IMG/VR virus record: IMGVR_UViG_3300043418_000226
DNA: 64,000 nucleotides
Strand: one strand, 5' to 3'
From: a virus
Taxonomy: Duplodnaviria > Heunggongvirae > Uroviricota > Caudoviricetes
Below, one piece after another: positions 10,884 to 20,619 of this stretch. Within the stretch, counting starts at the first letter, position 1; each line of letters opens with the position of its first letter. Made by a program: the position numbers and the translations under genes. The notes beneath the pieces were generated by a model. It saw nothing but the letters and a program-made list of their open reading frames with translations. It did not search any database and had not been told where the DNA came from.

Positions 10884-11693
10884 ATGAAAGACGCATTAGG
10901 AGATAGAATGAAAAATTTCTATGAGGACAGAACAAGATTTAAATTAGCGAGAAGAACTAATACAATAATTCGTATTGACGGTAAGGCATTTCACACATAT
11001 ACTAAAGGTTTACCAAGACCATTCGATTCTGGTTTAATTGAGGATATGAATAACACTACTGCTTACCTTTGTAAAAACATACAAGGTGTTAAGTTTGGTT
11101 ATGTTCAATCAGATGAGATTAGTTTATTGTTAACAGATTATGATACTCAGGATACGCACTCATGGTTTGACAGTAACCTACAGAAAATGTGTAGTGTTGC
11201 ATCATCTATGGCAACATCAGAGTTTAATCGACTAAGATTGATTAGAAAATGTATGGGTGGAGACATTGAGGGTTACGTTGATGCAATCGATTTGTCAGAA
11301 TTCAAAATGGCAGAATTTGATGCACGTGTATTCCAAATACCATCGTCAATTGAAGTGGAAAACTATTTTATTTGGAGACAACAAGATGCCACACGTAATA
11401 GTATTTCATCAGTCGCTCAAAGTCTATATTCACCTAAACAATTGAATGGTGTTAAGACAGATAAGATGCAAGAAATGATTTTCCAAAAGGGAATCAATTG
11501 GAATGACTATTCGTATCGTGAAAAACGAGGAACCGTTATTACTAAAGTAAAGGAAACAACCACAACACCACTTCCTAATATTAGTGGTGAAGTAACGTAC
11601 ACAAGAAACAAATGGAAAGCAGTGGAAACACCAATCTTTTCACAAGATAGAGAATTTATTAAATCAATCATGACAAATGAAAGTAATCAGTAA
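10884..11693 (+). CDS. thg1: tRNA(His) guanylyltransferase Thg1-like protein
   Basis: RIDGKAFH, YVQSDEIS, FDARV and WRQQDATRNS motifs; start at ATG 10884. Confidence 0.9.
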   Translation: MKDALGDRMKNFYEDRTRFKLARRTNTIIRIDGKAFHTYTKGLPRPFDSGLIEDMNNTTAYLCKNIQGVKFGYVQSDEISLLLTDYDTQDTHSWFDSNLQKMCSVASSMATSEFNRLRLIRKCMGGDIEGYVDAIDLSEFKMAEFDARVFQIPSSIEVENYFIWRQQDATRNSISSVAQSLYSPKQLNGVKTDKMQEMIFQKGINWNDYSYREKRGTVITKVKETTTTPLPNISGEVTYTRNKWKAVETPIFSQDREFIKSIMTNESNQ

Positions 11694-11898
11694 CACAAAA
11701 ACAGAAAAATACGAAGAACTTGTAGTAGAAGATACTTGGTTCTTATTTTTTAAACGTAGGTCGACTTACAGAAGATATACGGAAAAGGATGGTGCAAAAC
11801 GAACATCCACATTCCAATATTACGGAGACAACAATTTCCGTGAGTTAGGTATGTTTGAACATTATCTTATTGCCGATTTATTCAGAGTAATATTATAA
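11677..11898 (+). CDS. Hypothetical protein
   Basis: 73 aa ORF. Confidence 0.5.
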   Translation: MKVISNTKTEKYEELVVEDTWFLFFKRRSTYRRYTEKDGAKRTSTFQYYGDNNFRELGMFEHYLIADLFRVIL

Positions 11899-11901
11899 AA
11901 G

Positions 11902-12921
11902 ATGGAAAGAAAATTAGCAACACTCAAAACAATTGAAAACATTTTACCAATCGAAGGTGCGGATAAAATTGAACTGGCAGTTGTTGGTGGATGGAAAGTA
12001 GTCGTAGGTAAAGACGTTGGTCACAAAGTAGGTGACATGGTTGTTTACTGTGAAGTAGATTCATTCTTACCTATTAAAGAAGAGTTTGAATTCTTACGTA
12101 AGAGTTCTTACAAAAAAATGGGAGACTTAGAAGGATTCCGTTTAAAAACTATTAAACTTCGTGGACAACTTTCACAAGGATTAATCTTACCTTTAGTTGA
12201 AACGTTCGGTGATTTTTCATGGACAGCATACGAAGGGTTAGATGTTACGGAACGTTTAGGTATTATTAAATATGAACCACCAATCCCCGCTGAACTTGCA
12301 GGTCAAGTTATCGGAGGGTTCCCATCGTTCATTAGAAAGACAGATGAGGAAAGAATTCAAAACCTATCCGCTGAGTACGATGAATTAAAAACATTGGAAT
12401 ACTATGTAACTGAAAAGTTAGACGGTACATCTTCAACATTCTATTTTAACAACGGTACCTTTGGTGTATGTGGACGTAATTGGGAATATGCCGAAACGGA
12501 AACTAACACCTATTGGAAAGTTGCAAGAAAATTGGACTTAGAAGAGAAGATGAAATCATTAGGATATAATGTTTGTTTTCAAGGTGAGTTAGTGGGTGAA
12601 GGTATCCAAGGTAATCCTTATAAGTTAAAAGGACAAACAGTTTATTTCTACAACGTATTCAACATCGATACACAGGAATATCTTAACTTAAATGATTTTG
12701 TATTAACGATGACATCTGCATTTTATAGTATGTTGGAATTTGTACCGGTTATTGTTAGATACTTTAAGTTACCCGAAACAATTGATGAACTACTAATATT
12801 GGCAGACGGTAAGTCGGTATTATGTAACACGACCGACCGAGAAGGTTTGGTTATTAGAACAATTGACCGTAAACATTCATTCAAAGTAATTAGTAACAAT
12901 TTTTTATTAAACGAAAAATAA
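11902..12921 (+). CDS. RNA ligase, Rnl2/DRB0094 family, with N-terminal OB-like domain
   Basis: IEGADKIE, KTDEERIQN, TEKLDGTS, GELVG, REGLV and FKVISN motifs. Confidence 0.9.
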   Translation: MERKLATLKTIENILPIEGADKIELAVVGGWKVVVGKDVGHKVGDMVVYCEVDSFLPIKEEFEFLRKSSYKKMGDLEGFRLKTIKLRGQLSQGLILPLVETFGDFSWTAYEGLDVTERLGIIKYEPPIPAELAGQVIGGFPSFIRKTDEERIQNLSAEYDELKTLEYYVTEKLDGTSSTFYFNNGTFGVCGRNWEYAETETNTYWKVARKLDLEEKMKSLGYNVCFQGELVGEGIQGNPYKLKGQTVYFYNVFNIDTQEYLNLNDFVLTMTSAFYSMLEFVPVIVRYFKLPETIDELLILADGKSVLCNTTDREGLVIRTIDRKHSFKVISNNFLLNEK

Positions 12922-12922
12922 C

Positions 12923-13411
12923 ATGGAAATTTTAAAAGAAGTTCTCGCAGCAATTATTGTTTTAGGTATAGTATTGTTTATGGTATCAGGTATAATTCAT
13001 ATTATACTTTATTCACTAAACATTAGAGATAAGATTAGTATCGTAATTAAACTACCAAAACCAAAAAAATACCTAACTAAGGTCAATCCAATTTATGAAT
13101 TGGTTGAGGGATATGGTGATTATCATATTCGTAAATGGGAATTAGGTTACAAAGAATTGGTTGGTGTACAATTTCTTTTAATTTTTATACCATACCCAAT
13201 TGATTTACTTTTTTATCGATATGATATTAAAAATACATTATATCTTTGTGAAATTGAAGACCTTAAAGATGTTACACGTCCATTAGAAGAAATCTTTGAG
13301 GAGAAATACAAAGTGATTAACGCTGAGGAGTTGGAAAAAGATAGAATTAAAACCGAACGTCAAAATAAAATTGACAAATTAAATAAAGTATTCACCGAAA
13401 ATTACGAATAA
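12923..13411 (+). CDS. Membrane-anchored hypothetical protein
   Basis: N-terminal hydrophobic helix. Confidence 0.6.
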   Translation: MEILKEVLAAIIVLGIVLFMVSGIIHIILYSLNIRDKISIVIKLPKPKKYLTKVNPIYELVEGYGDYHIRKWELGYKELVGVQFLLIFIPYPIDLLFYRYDIKNTLYLCEIEDLKDVTRPLEEIFEEKYKVINAEELEKDRIKTERQNKIDKLNKVFTENYE

Positions 13412-13412
13412 C

Positions 13413-13604
13413 ATGGAAACATTTAAAACTATTGTTGGTATTATAACATCATTCTTTTTTGGATTTGGGTTATGGTTTTTGGTTTTTTGGTTTATCACAA
13501 TGGAACCGAATCTGTTCATTTGGGGAATGTGGACTAAAGTAACCTATTTGATATTATCATTTCTGGCGTCCGCTGGGTTCTCAAGAGAAGTACTAGAAGA
13601 TTAA
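13413..13604 (+). CDS. Small membrane protein
   Basis: Two hydrophobic segments. Confidence 0.55.
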   Translation: METFKTIVGIITSFFFGFGLWFLVFWFITMEPNLFIWGMWTKVTYLILSFLASAGFSREVLED

Positions 13605-13612
13605 TATAGAAT

Positions 13613-13975
13613 ATGAAAAAATTAAGTGATAGTGTAATTAATGACTTCGCAATTTTCTATAAGAATAAATTGATGAAGGCTCAACGTAATGTTGAAAGGA
13701 TTAAACGTTTTTATAACGATGATGATTCCTTTGATGTGTTAATTAAGAGAGTCATAGATAAACTCATGGTATCAACTCAACCATGGATTGTTCTTTATTC
13801 ATTAATTGACTTAGTGGAAGCCGAAGGTGTAGAGGTTGAACCGTTAGATGGTTTAACTGAAAACTTCCCAAGTGTTCTAATTGAATATAAAGGATGGACA
13901 TTTGCCCGAACACATGGTCAAGGAGTTGTTATTTCAATATACGATAAAAATAAAACCCTAATTTACAGGGATTAA
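13613..13975 (+). CDS. Hypothetical protein
   Basis: 120 aa ORF. Confidence 0.6.
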   Translation: MKKLSDSVINDFAIFYKNKLMKAQRNVERIKRFYNDDDSFDVLIKRVIDKLMVSTQPWIVLYSLIDLVEAEGVEVEPLDGLTENFPSVLIEYKGWTFARTHGQGVVISIYDKNKTLIYRD

Positions 13976-13999
13976 TAAACCAAATATAAAGACTAAACT

Positions 14000-14452
14000 A
14001 TGTCAACTTACAAACCACCAACGAATATTGCACTTCGTAACAGTGCACGTAAATCAGTTTTCTTAGCGGGATCCATCGAAATGGGTGTTGCCGAAAATTG
14101 GCAAGAAGAGGTTGGAAACTATTTCCATAAACAAGGATGGGATGTATTCAATCCTCGTAGAGAGGAATGGGATTCATCATGGGAACAGATATTTGAAAAC
14201 CCACAATTCTATCAACAAGTTAATTGGGAATTAAATGCGTTAGAAAATTCTGACCTTATCGTTTTATACTTCGACCCGAATACCAAATCACCAATTTCAT
14301 TATTAGAACTTGGTTTATTTGCTCGTTCAGGTAAATTAAAAGTCATTTGTCCTGACGGATTTTGGAGAAAAGGTAACGTTGCGATAACTTGTAACTACTA
14401 TAATATCCCACTTTACAACAATTTAACAACTTTATTTTTAGATTTAGGTTAA
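14000..14452 (+). CDS. Nucleoside 2-deoxyribosyltransferase-like protein
   Basis: VFLAGSI, FNPRR, QVNWEL and SPISLLELG motifs. Confidence 0.85.
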   Translation: MSTYKPPTNIALRNSARKSVFLAGSIEMGVAENWQEEVGNYFHKQGWDVFNPRREEWDSSWEQIFENPQFYQQVNWELNALENSDLIVLYFDPNTKSPISLLELGLFARSGKLKVICPDGFWRKGNVAITCNYYNIPLYNNLTTLFLDLG

Positions 14453-14456
14453 AAAA

Positions 14457-14487
14457 TTTGTTTGTAAAGAAATATTCACTACATTTG
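14457..14487 (+). promoter_or_regulatory. Bacteroidota-type promoter
   Basis: TTTG then TACATTTG (14480-14487). Confidence 0.7.
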
Positions 14488-14508
14488 TCCATCAAAAATT
14501 AGGAAACT

Positions 14509-15318
14509 ATGAAAATATCATTAGAAAAAGAACTTAAAAAGAAAGTTCAAGAAAAGAAAAAGGAATTAGAATTTGACCCAATCAAAGAGGTTAAGTTGTT
14601 ATTAGCTAATGACGATGCAGAGGATGTAAAAATTCTTAGAAACTTGTCGAGAAACTCACAGTTCAATAGGATTGAGAGAATTCAAGGGGAGCACATGGAG
14701 TTAGAAAAGATTGAAAATGATTTCCATGGTGAAATTTATACTATTGACCAAATTAAAGATTTGGCAATTAAGTATAAGTTAAGGTTCTTAAGTTCACAAT
14801 ACTATACTGGGACATATGACGTTCAAGTAACGGCAAAAATTAAAGATTTTGCAAGGAAAGTGAATGTGGAATTAACTGAATATAACCTTAGAGAAAAGTT
14901 CTCTATTTTGGCTCCAGAAAAAATGTTTACTTTGACAGATGAAAAATACGTCACAAAGAAACAATTGGACCCATTAATGTTTTATAGAGTCGATAGTGAA
15001 CATTATCGATTAGTTCATAAGTGGGGTGACGATTTTACCATACTTCGTTACTTAACCGGGTTCAGATGGAAAAGTTATTGGAATTACCATTTCTTTAACA
15101 CTATGTTATGTCTACCGATTGTTGCAACTATATTAACGTCAATCTTTGGTTTCTATACCGAGGTACCTTTAGTTATTGTGTTTGTGTTCATGACGTTATT
15201 TCTTAGTAATTTGGCTTCTTATTTGTTTTTCGGTTGGAATAAATCAGATGATGGAGATATTATTCAAAGTTTCTTCACACCGAACAATTGGAACTCAACG
15301 AAAAAGATTAGAAATTAA
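14509..15318 (+). CDS. Conserved hypothetical membrane protein
   Basis: DPLMFY...YRLVHKWG followed by two TM segments. Confidence 0.65.
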   Translation: MKISLEKELKKKVQEKKKELEFDPIKEVKLLLANDDAEDVKILRNLSRNSQFNRIERIQGEHMELEKIENDFHGEIYTIDQIKDLAIKYKLRFLSSQYYTGTYDVQVTAKIKDFARKVNVELTEYNLREKFSILAPEKMFTLTDEKYVTKKQLDPLMFYRVDSEHYRLVHKWGDDFTILRYLTGFRWKSYWNYHFFNTMLCLPIVATILTSIFGFYTEVPLVIVFVFMTLFLSNLASYLFFGWNKSDDGDIIQSFFTPNNWNSTKKIRN

Positions 15319-15335
15319 TTTTAATAATTCACAAT

Positions 15336-15653
15336 ATGAAAAAGTTATTAGTACCTGGTTTTTTTATCCTATCAATTTTATTAACTGCGTTTGTTACAAC
15401 TGCTGTGGCAACAGTTAAACTTGAGGACGGTGAAGTTGAATTCAGAACATTGAGTCACACTTTAAGTGATACTGAAATTAATGAAGCGAACACCAAAAAA
15501 TTGTACACCTCTAATATTGAACTTAAAGAGGGTTATGAGAATGTTCGAAAAGATGAAGTTAAGATTACCAAACATAAAAAAATTATTGGTTGGGAATCAA
15601 AAGTGGACACATTAAAAACATATGTAACCCAAGAATATTGTGGTTGCAATTAA
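15336..15653 (+). CDS. Secreted or membrane-anchored hypothetical protein
   Basis: Signal-like N-terminus. Confidence 0.6.
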   Translation: MKKLLVPGFFILSILLTAFVTTAVATVKLEDGEVEFRTLSHTLSDTEINEANTKKLYTSNIELKEGYENVRKDEVKITKHKKIIGWESKVDTLKTYVTQEYCGCN

Positions 15654-15663
15654 AAAATAAAAG

Positions 15664-16125
15664 ATGCCATTAAAAGAAAAAATAAATGCAGATTTCATTA
15701 TTGCAATGAAAGCAAAGGCCTTAGTTGTTAAGTCAGCATTGAGTAGTATCAAAGCGAAAATAACTGAAGGTGAAAAGTTAAATGGTAACACTGAACTATC
15801 TGACCAAGAAGTTCTTAAAGTCATTACCACGGCAATTAAACAACGTAAACAATCATATGATGCGTTCATGTTGGGGAACCGTGAAGACTTGGCAATTAAT
15901 GAACAAGAAGAAATGAAAGTTCTTGAGATTTATTTACCAAAACAAATGACCGAGGAAGAAATTGAATCGGCAGTTACAACAATCGTACAAGAAATGTCTG
16001 CAATCGGTCTTGTTAATCCACAAGCACTTATTGGTAAAACAATTGGTGAGTTTAATAAACAATACCAAGGTATGGCCGACATCGCCGTAGTTAAATCAAT
16101 CGTAAACAATTTAATTAATCAATAA
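15664..16125 (+). CDS. GatB/YqeY domain protein
   Basis: AMKAK, IKQRKQS, REDLA..E..E..VL..YLPKQMTEEEI. Confidence 0.85.
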   Translation: MPLKEKINADFIIAMKAKALVVKSALSSIKAKITEGEKLNGNTELSDQEVLKVITTAIKQRKQSYDAFMLGNREDLAINEQEEMKVLEIYLPKQMTEEEIESAVTTIVQEMSAIGLVNPQALIGKTIGEFNKQYQGMADIAVVKSIVNNLINQ

Positions 16126-16353
16126 TATGGAAACTATCGGATTACTATTGGCAATCGTAACATTACCATTATCACTTTTCTTCACCATTGCAAACGTAAC
16201 GGGAGGAAATGGATTAAATAAATTCTTTGCAAGATTATTAGGTATTGGTGGGGTTGTCCTTTCAATTATTTACATACTAAAATATAACAATTTAATATAA
16301 CTGATTGATACAAACTTTAGATTTATATCCATATATTTATAATAAAAGATATT

Positions 16354-16854
16354 ATGGAACTAGTAAGAAAAAAAGTTTGCTCAACTTGTAAAGTTGAAAA
16401 AGAAATAACCGAATTTTCAAAAGACAAAACCGAAAAAGATGGTTACACCTATAGTTGTAAAGTTTGTAGAAATAAACGATATAATGATTGGGCGAAAGAG
16501 AATAAAGACAAAGTTCGTGAAAGGAACGCTAAAAGAGCTGAAGAAAGACAAGCGTACTATCAAAGTGAACGAGGGATAGAATCGTCGAGACGTGCTCACC
16601 TTAAGAGAAAATATAATATGACGTTAGAAGAATATGATGTCATATTAGAAAGTCAAAATGGGGTATGTGACATTTGTAAAGAACCTGAAAGTTATGGTAG
16701 AGCATCTTTTTTGGCTGTTGACCATTGTCATAATGACGAAACAATTAGAGGGTTACTTTGTAATAATTGTAACAGGGCAATTGGTTTACTTAAAGACAAC
16801 ATTGAAGTTCTTGAAAACGCAGTTAAATATTTGAAAAAACATAAACAAAAATAA
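16354..16854 (+). CDS. Endonuclease VII-like HNH homing endonuclease
   Basis: N-terminal CSTC/CKVC; SQNGVCDIC...LAVDHCH...RGLLCNNCN. Confidence 0.85.
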   Translation: MELVRKKVCSTCKVEKEITEFSKDKTEKDGYTYSCKVCRNKRYNDWAKENKDKVRERNAKRAEERQAYYQSERGIESSRRAHLKRKYNMTLEEYDVILESQNGVCDICKEPESYGRASFLAVDHCHNDETIRGLLCNNCNRAIGLLKDNIEVLENAVKYLKKHKQK

Positions 16855-16857
16855 ATT

Positions 16858-18450
16858 ATGAATCCACTATTATTAACCGATGGTTATAAAACATCACACC
16901 ACCAAATGTACCCTCCTGGTACTAATTTAGTTTATTCAAACTTCACACCTCGTAGTAACAAGTACGCACCGAAAGGTTGTGAACAGGTTGTTTCGTTTGG
17001 TCAACAAATGGTTATGGTTCAAATCCACGAAGCATTCAAAAATGAATTCTTCTCTAAACCAAAAGAAGAAGTTTGTGGTGAAATGAAACGTGAGTTATCG
17101 ATGTACTTAGGTACTGACTACGATGTTACTCACTTCGAGAAATTACACGACCTTGGTTACTTACCAATTCACGTTAAAGGTATTGAAGAAGGGACATTGG
17201 TTCCAATGAAAGTACCTGTGTTAACAATATACAATACACATCCTAATTTCTATTGGGTAACAAATTACTTGGAGACAATCCTTTCTAACTTGTTATGGAA
17301 ACCGATGACATCAGCAACTATTGCTCACCAATATCGTAAGGTGTTGACTAAATGGCAAGAGAAGACCGACACAGAGAAAAGTTGGTTCATCGATTGGCAA
17401 GGACACGACTTCTCAATGAGAGGTATGGATTCAGTTGAAGCTGTAATCAGTTCAGGTCTTGGTCACTTAACATCATTCTCAGGTTCAGATTCGTTACCAA
17501 CAATCTACGGAGCAAGAAAGTATTATGGTGAACAAGGTGCCGTTTGTGGTTCAGTTAACGCAACTGAACACTCAGTAATGTGTGCGGGTGGTGCCGACGA
17601 TGAGGTTGGTACATTCAAACGTTTATTGGAAACATATCCAACGGGAATTCTATCTGTTGTTTCAGACACTTGGGACTTGTGGAAGGTATGTACCGAACAC
17701 GTTGTAACATTGAAAGAAGAGATCTTATCACGTGACGGTAAGTTAGTTATCAGACCTGATAGTGGTGACCCAGTTGATATTTTATGTGGTAAACAAATTC
17801 CAAAATTTGAAAACACAAAAGAAATTTTAGATTTTTATTCCCCATTCTCAGAAACCGAATTACATTTCCCGTTATTTTATTTAGAAGATAAGTTGTATAA
17901 AATACATTTATCAAAAGAAGACAATGGTAGAATTGAATGGAACTTATATACTATTGAACCATCAGATAAAGGTGTAATCGAATTACTTTGGGATGCATTT
18001 GGCGGAACAATCAACGAACAAGGTTACAAAGTTCTTGACTCACACATCGGAGCAATCTATGGAGATTCAATCACAATCGATAGAGCCAATGAGATTTGTA
18101 GAAGATTAGAAGCAAAAGGATTCGCATCTACAAACGTTGTATTAGGTATTGGTTCATTCACATATCAATTCAACACAAGAGATACATTTGGTTTCGCAAT
18201 GAAAGCAACTTATGTTGAACTAGAAGGTGTTGGTAGAGAAATCTTTAAAGACCCAATCACCGATGATGGTACTAAGAAATCTGCAACGGGTTTGTTACGT
18301 GTAGATAAAAATTTAAACGGTAACATTACATTATTTGATAAGGTTAATTGGGACGATGAGAATATGGGTTTATTAAAAACCATATACAAAGATGGTGAGT
18401 TCCAAAACCAAACGACCTTGACTGAAATCAGAGAACGTTTAAAACAATAA
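16858..18450 (+). CDS. Nicotinamide phosphoribosyltransferase-like protein (Nampt; likely Namat of NARP1)
   Basis: TDGYKTSH, HDFSMRG, ATEHS, SVVSDT, IRPDSGDP, IYGDSI, RDTFGFAMKAT and KDPITDDGTKKS motifs. Confidence 0.92.
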   Translation: MNPLLLTDGYKTSHHQMYPPGTNLVYSNFTPRSNKYAPKGCEQVVSFGQQMVMVQIHEAFKNEFFSKPKEEVCGEMKRELSMYLGTDYDVTHFEKLHDLGYLPIHVKGIEEGTLVPMKVPVLTIYNTHPNFYWVTNYLETILSNLLWKPMTSATIAHQYRKVLTKWQEKTDTEKSWFIDWQGHDFSMRGMDSVEAVISSGLGHLTSFSGSDSLPTIYGARKYYGEQGAVCGSVNATEHSVMCAGGADDEVGTFKRLLETYPTGILSVVSDTWDLWKVCTEHVVTLKEEILSRDGKLVIRPDSGDPVDILCGKQIPKFENTKEILDFYSPFSETELHFPLFYLEDKLYKIHLSKEDNGRIEWNLYTIEPSDKGVIELLWDAFGGTINEQGYKVLDSHIGAIYGDSITIDRANEICRRLEAKGFASTNVVLGIGSFTYQFNTRDTFGFAMKATYVELEGVGREIFKDPITDDGTKKSATGLLRVDKNLNGNITLFDKVNWDDENMGLLKTIYKDGEFQNQTTLTEIRERLKQ

Positions 18451-18454
18451 CATT

Positions 18455-18709
18455 ATGGCAATATCACCGGAAGTATTAACTCAAAGTTTTAAGAGAGAAG
18501 CTGATGACTTTGAAAAAATTATTGATAGTATCCTATCGAGTAAATCCTTAGGACCTGGTGGGTCGATTACAATTAATACACCCAAGGGAATAACAAGTAA
18601 ACACTTTGAGATATTATCTGAAAGATACAAATCGGCTGGGTGGGGTGAAATAGGAAGGTCCTATGGAAGTCAAAGAGATCCGGGAGATTGGTTAACCTTT
18701 AAATTATAA
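18455..18709 (+). CDS. Hypothetical protein
   Basis: 84 aa ORF. Confidence 0.6.
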   Translation: MAISPEVLTQSFKREADDFEKIIDSILSSKSLGPGGSITINTPKGITSKHFEILSERYKSAGWGEIGRSYGSQRDPGDWLTFKL

Positions 18710-18712
18710 ACT

Positions 18713-18982
18713 ATGTGGTGGTATCTTATCATATATGTCGTAGGTATTGTTGTTTCATTATATTCAATCCATAAATGGAAGAATAGTCTGAAAGTCAGTG
18801 ACTACGATAGTGAAGAAAATATGTACGGTGATTGGGAAAGTAATGCTGAGGCTTTTATGGCTTTCAGTATTGCTTGGCCACTTTTTTGGGGTCTACAGTT
18901 ATTAATATATCTTTACAACTTACTATTAAAACTTTCAATTATAATTGAAAAGGAAATTTCTAAACAAGATAAAAAACAATAA
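18713..18982 (+). CDS. Small membrane protein
   Basis: Two hydrophobic segments. Confidence 0.55.
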   Translation: MWWYLIIYVVGIVVSLYSIHKWKNSLKVSDYDSEENMYGDWESNAEAFMAFSIAWPLFWGLQLLIYLYNLLLKLSIIIEKEISKQDKKQ

Positions 18983-18984
18983 CT

Positions 18985-19320
18985 ATGACATCATTAATTA
19001 TCGTCCCCTTAATTTACATATTCGTAACCGAATTTTCATCGTATTCAGTATACGGTAAATTTCTAAAAGATGAAATTGTAATCAAATATTTGGAAGATTT
19101 TGAACCATTCTCTGTTAATCCATTTGATAGTAGTATCATTTCACCTGAAATTAATTTCAAGAAGAATGGTTTTGATTTTGAAAGACTACATAATTCTAAA
19201 TTCATTGTGAAAATTTCATTTTGTATCGGTTCAAAATATTATATTAGTACTTTAGGTCGAGTACCGAGATGGTCTAAATCACACAAATTAATTAACGAAC
19301 TTTATAAAAATACAAAGTAA
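18985..19320 (+). CDS. Hypothetical protein
   Basis: 111 aa ORF. Confidence 0.55.
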   Translation: MTSLIIVPLIYIFVTEFSSYSVYGKFLKDEIVIKYLEDFEPFSVNPFDSSIISPEINFKKNGFDFERLHNSKFIVKISFCIGSKYYISTLGRVPRWSKSHKLINELYKNTK

Positions 19321-19820
19321 TGATAAACTGGATTAAAAGATTATTCGGAATTGAAAAAAAAGAGGAAAACAAAAACGTTATCCCCAATTTTAAACATGTA
19401 CCACCACCACCTCCAAGAAAAAGATTCGAGACACCGGTAAGGGAAGAATCTAAGTTAAGACGTGTGTATGATACACTAACACCACAAAGAGATAATAGTG
19501 GCGACTTTCTAACTTCGATGTTAGTTGCTGAAGCTACGGATTCCACATTGATGGGAGCATTAGTTGGTGGTGACATAGTTGGGGCAATGATTGGCGATTC
19601 ATTAAACGATTCGGATTCGAGTTCTAACAATTCCGATAGTGGTTTTGACGGTGGATTCGGAGGAGGAGATTTCTCAGGTGGAGGTTCAGAAGGTTCTTGG
19701 GACGACAGTAGTTCAAGTTCTTCCGACTCATCATCAGATTATTCATCAAGTGATAGTTCATACGATTCATCTTCCAGTTATGATAGTAGTGATTCATCAT
19801 CTTCAAGTTCAGATTGGTAA
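19320..19820 (+). CDS. Protein with low-complexity Gly/Ser/Asp tail
   Basis: PPPPP, then GFGGGDFSGGGSEGSW and poly-Ser/Asp. Confidence 0.7.
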   Translation: MINWIKRLFGIEKKEENKNVIPNFKHVPPPPPRKRFETPVREESKLRRVYDTLTPQRDNSGDFLTSMLVAEATDSTLMGALVGGDIVGAMIGDSLNDSDSSSNNSDSGFDGGFGGGDFSGGGSEGSWDDSSSSSSDSSSDYSSSDSSYDSSSSYDSSDSSSSSSDW

Positions 19821-20047
19821 TGAGTAGTTTATTAATTCACACAGTAATTGTCCTATTTTTTAATTTGTTTTGGTTATACCAACGCAAATGGGACGGATTA
19901 AAAGAAATTTATGGGTTAACAGACATCCAATACACAGAAATACAAAAACAATTAATAACTTTATTAAGGTTTTATAGTTTATCTGGATTATTAACCTTAC
20001 TTTTGTACCTTTATAAAACATTTCAGTAACTCATTAAATTAAGAAAG

Positions 20048-20608
20048 ATGAACATGACACAATGGTGTATTGACCAACACAGAAATACAAATCATATGTA
20101 CGATACCTATCTACCATATGAATTCCATTTAAGAATGGTACATGAAGTTGCAATTGATTTCAAACATCTATTGGACGATACTGTTGATTATTTCACAGGT
20201 GAACCATATAGAGGACCACTACAAGACCAGGTTACTTTAAGAACCGCTTGTTTAAGGGCAGTATGGGGTCACGACCTTATTGAGGATTGTAGAATATCAT
20301 ATAATGATGTTAAAACACATTTAGGTCAAGAGGCAGCGGACATTGTTTTTGCTGTTAGTAATGAGAAAGGTAAAACAAGAAAAGATAGGGCGAATGAAAA
20401 ATACTATAAAGGTATCTACGAAACACCTGGCGCTGTCTTTGTAAAACTTTGTGACCGAATTGCAAACGTACAATATTCTAAAATGACAAAGTCACGTATG
20501 TTTGAAATGTACAAAAAGGAATATGATGAATTCAAAAAAAGTCTTCATTCGGATGGACATCCAACTCAACCAATGTGGGATGAGTTAGAAAAATTATTTA
20601 ACGATTAA
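20048..20608 (+). CDS. HD-domain hydrolase (SpoT/Mesh1-like)
   Basis: PYEFHL, GHDLIED and VKLCDRIAN motifs. Confidence 0.8.
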   Translation: MNMTQWCIDQHRNTNHMYDTYLPYEFHLRMVHEVAIDFKHLLDDTVDYFTGEPYRGPLQDQVTLRTACLRAVWGHDLIEDCRISYNDVKTHLGQEAADIVFAVSNEKGKTRKDRANEKYYKGIYETPGAVFVKLCDRIANVQYSKMTKSRMFEMYKKEYDEFKKSLHSDGHPTQPMWDELEKLFND

Positions 20609-20619
20609 AATATAAACCA

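Noticed and set aside
17788-17965. Intein in the Nampt-like gene
   Set aside because: The ~55 aa insert has no C-terminal His-Asn intein motif; it is more likely a variable loop.
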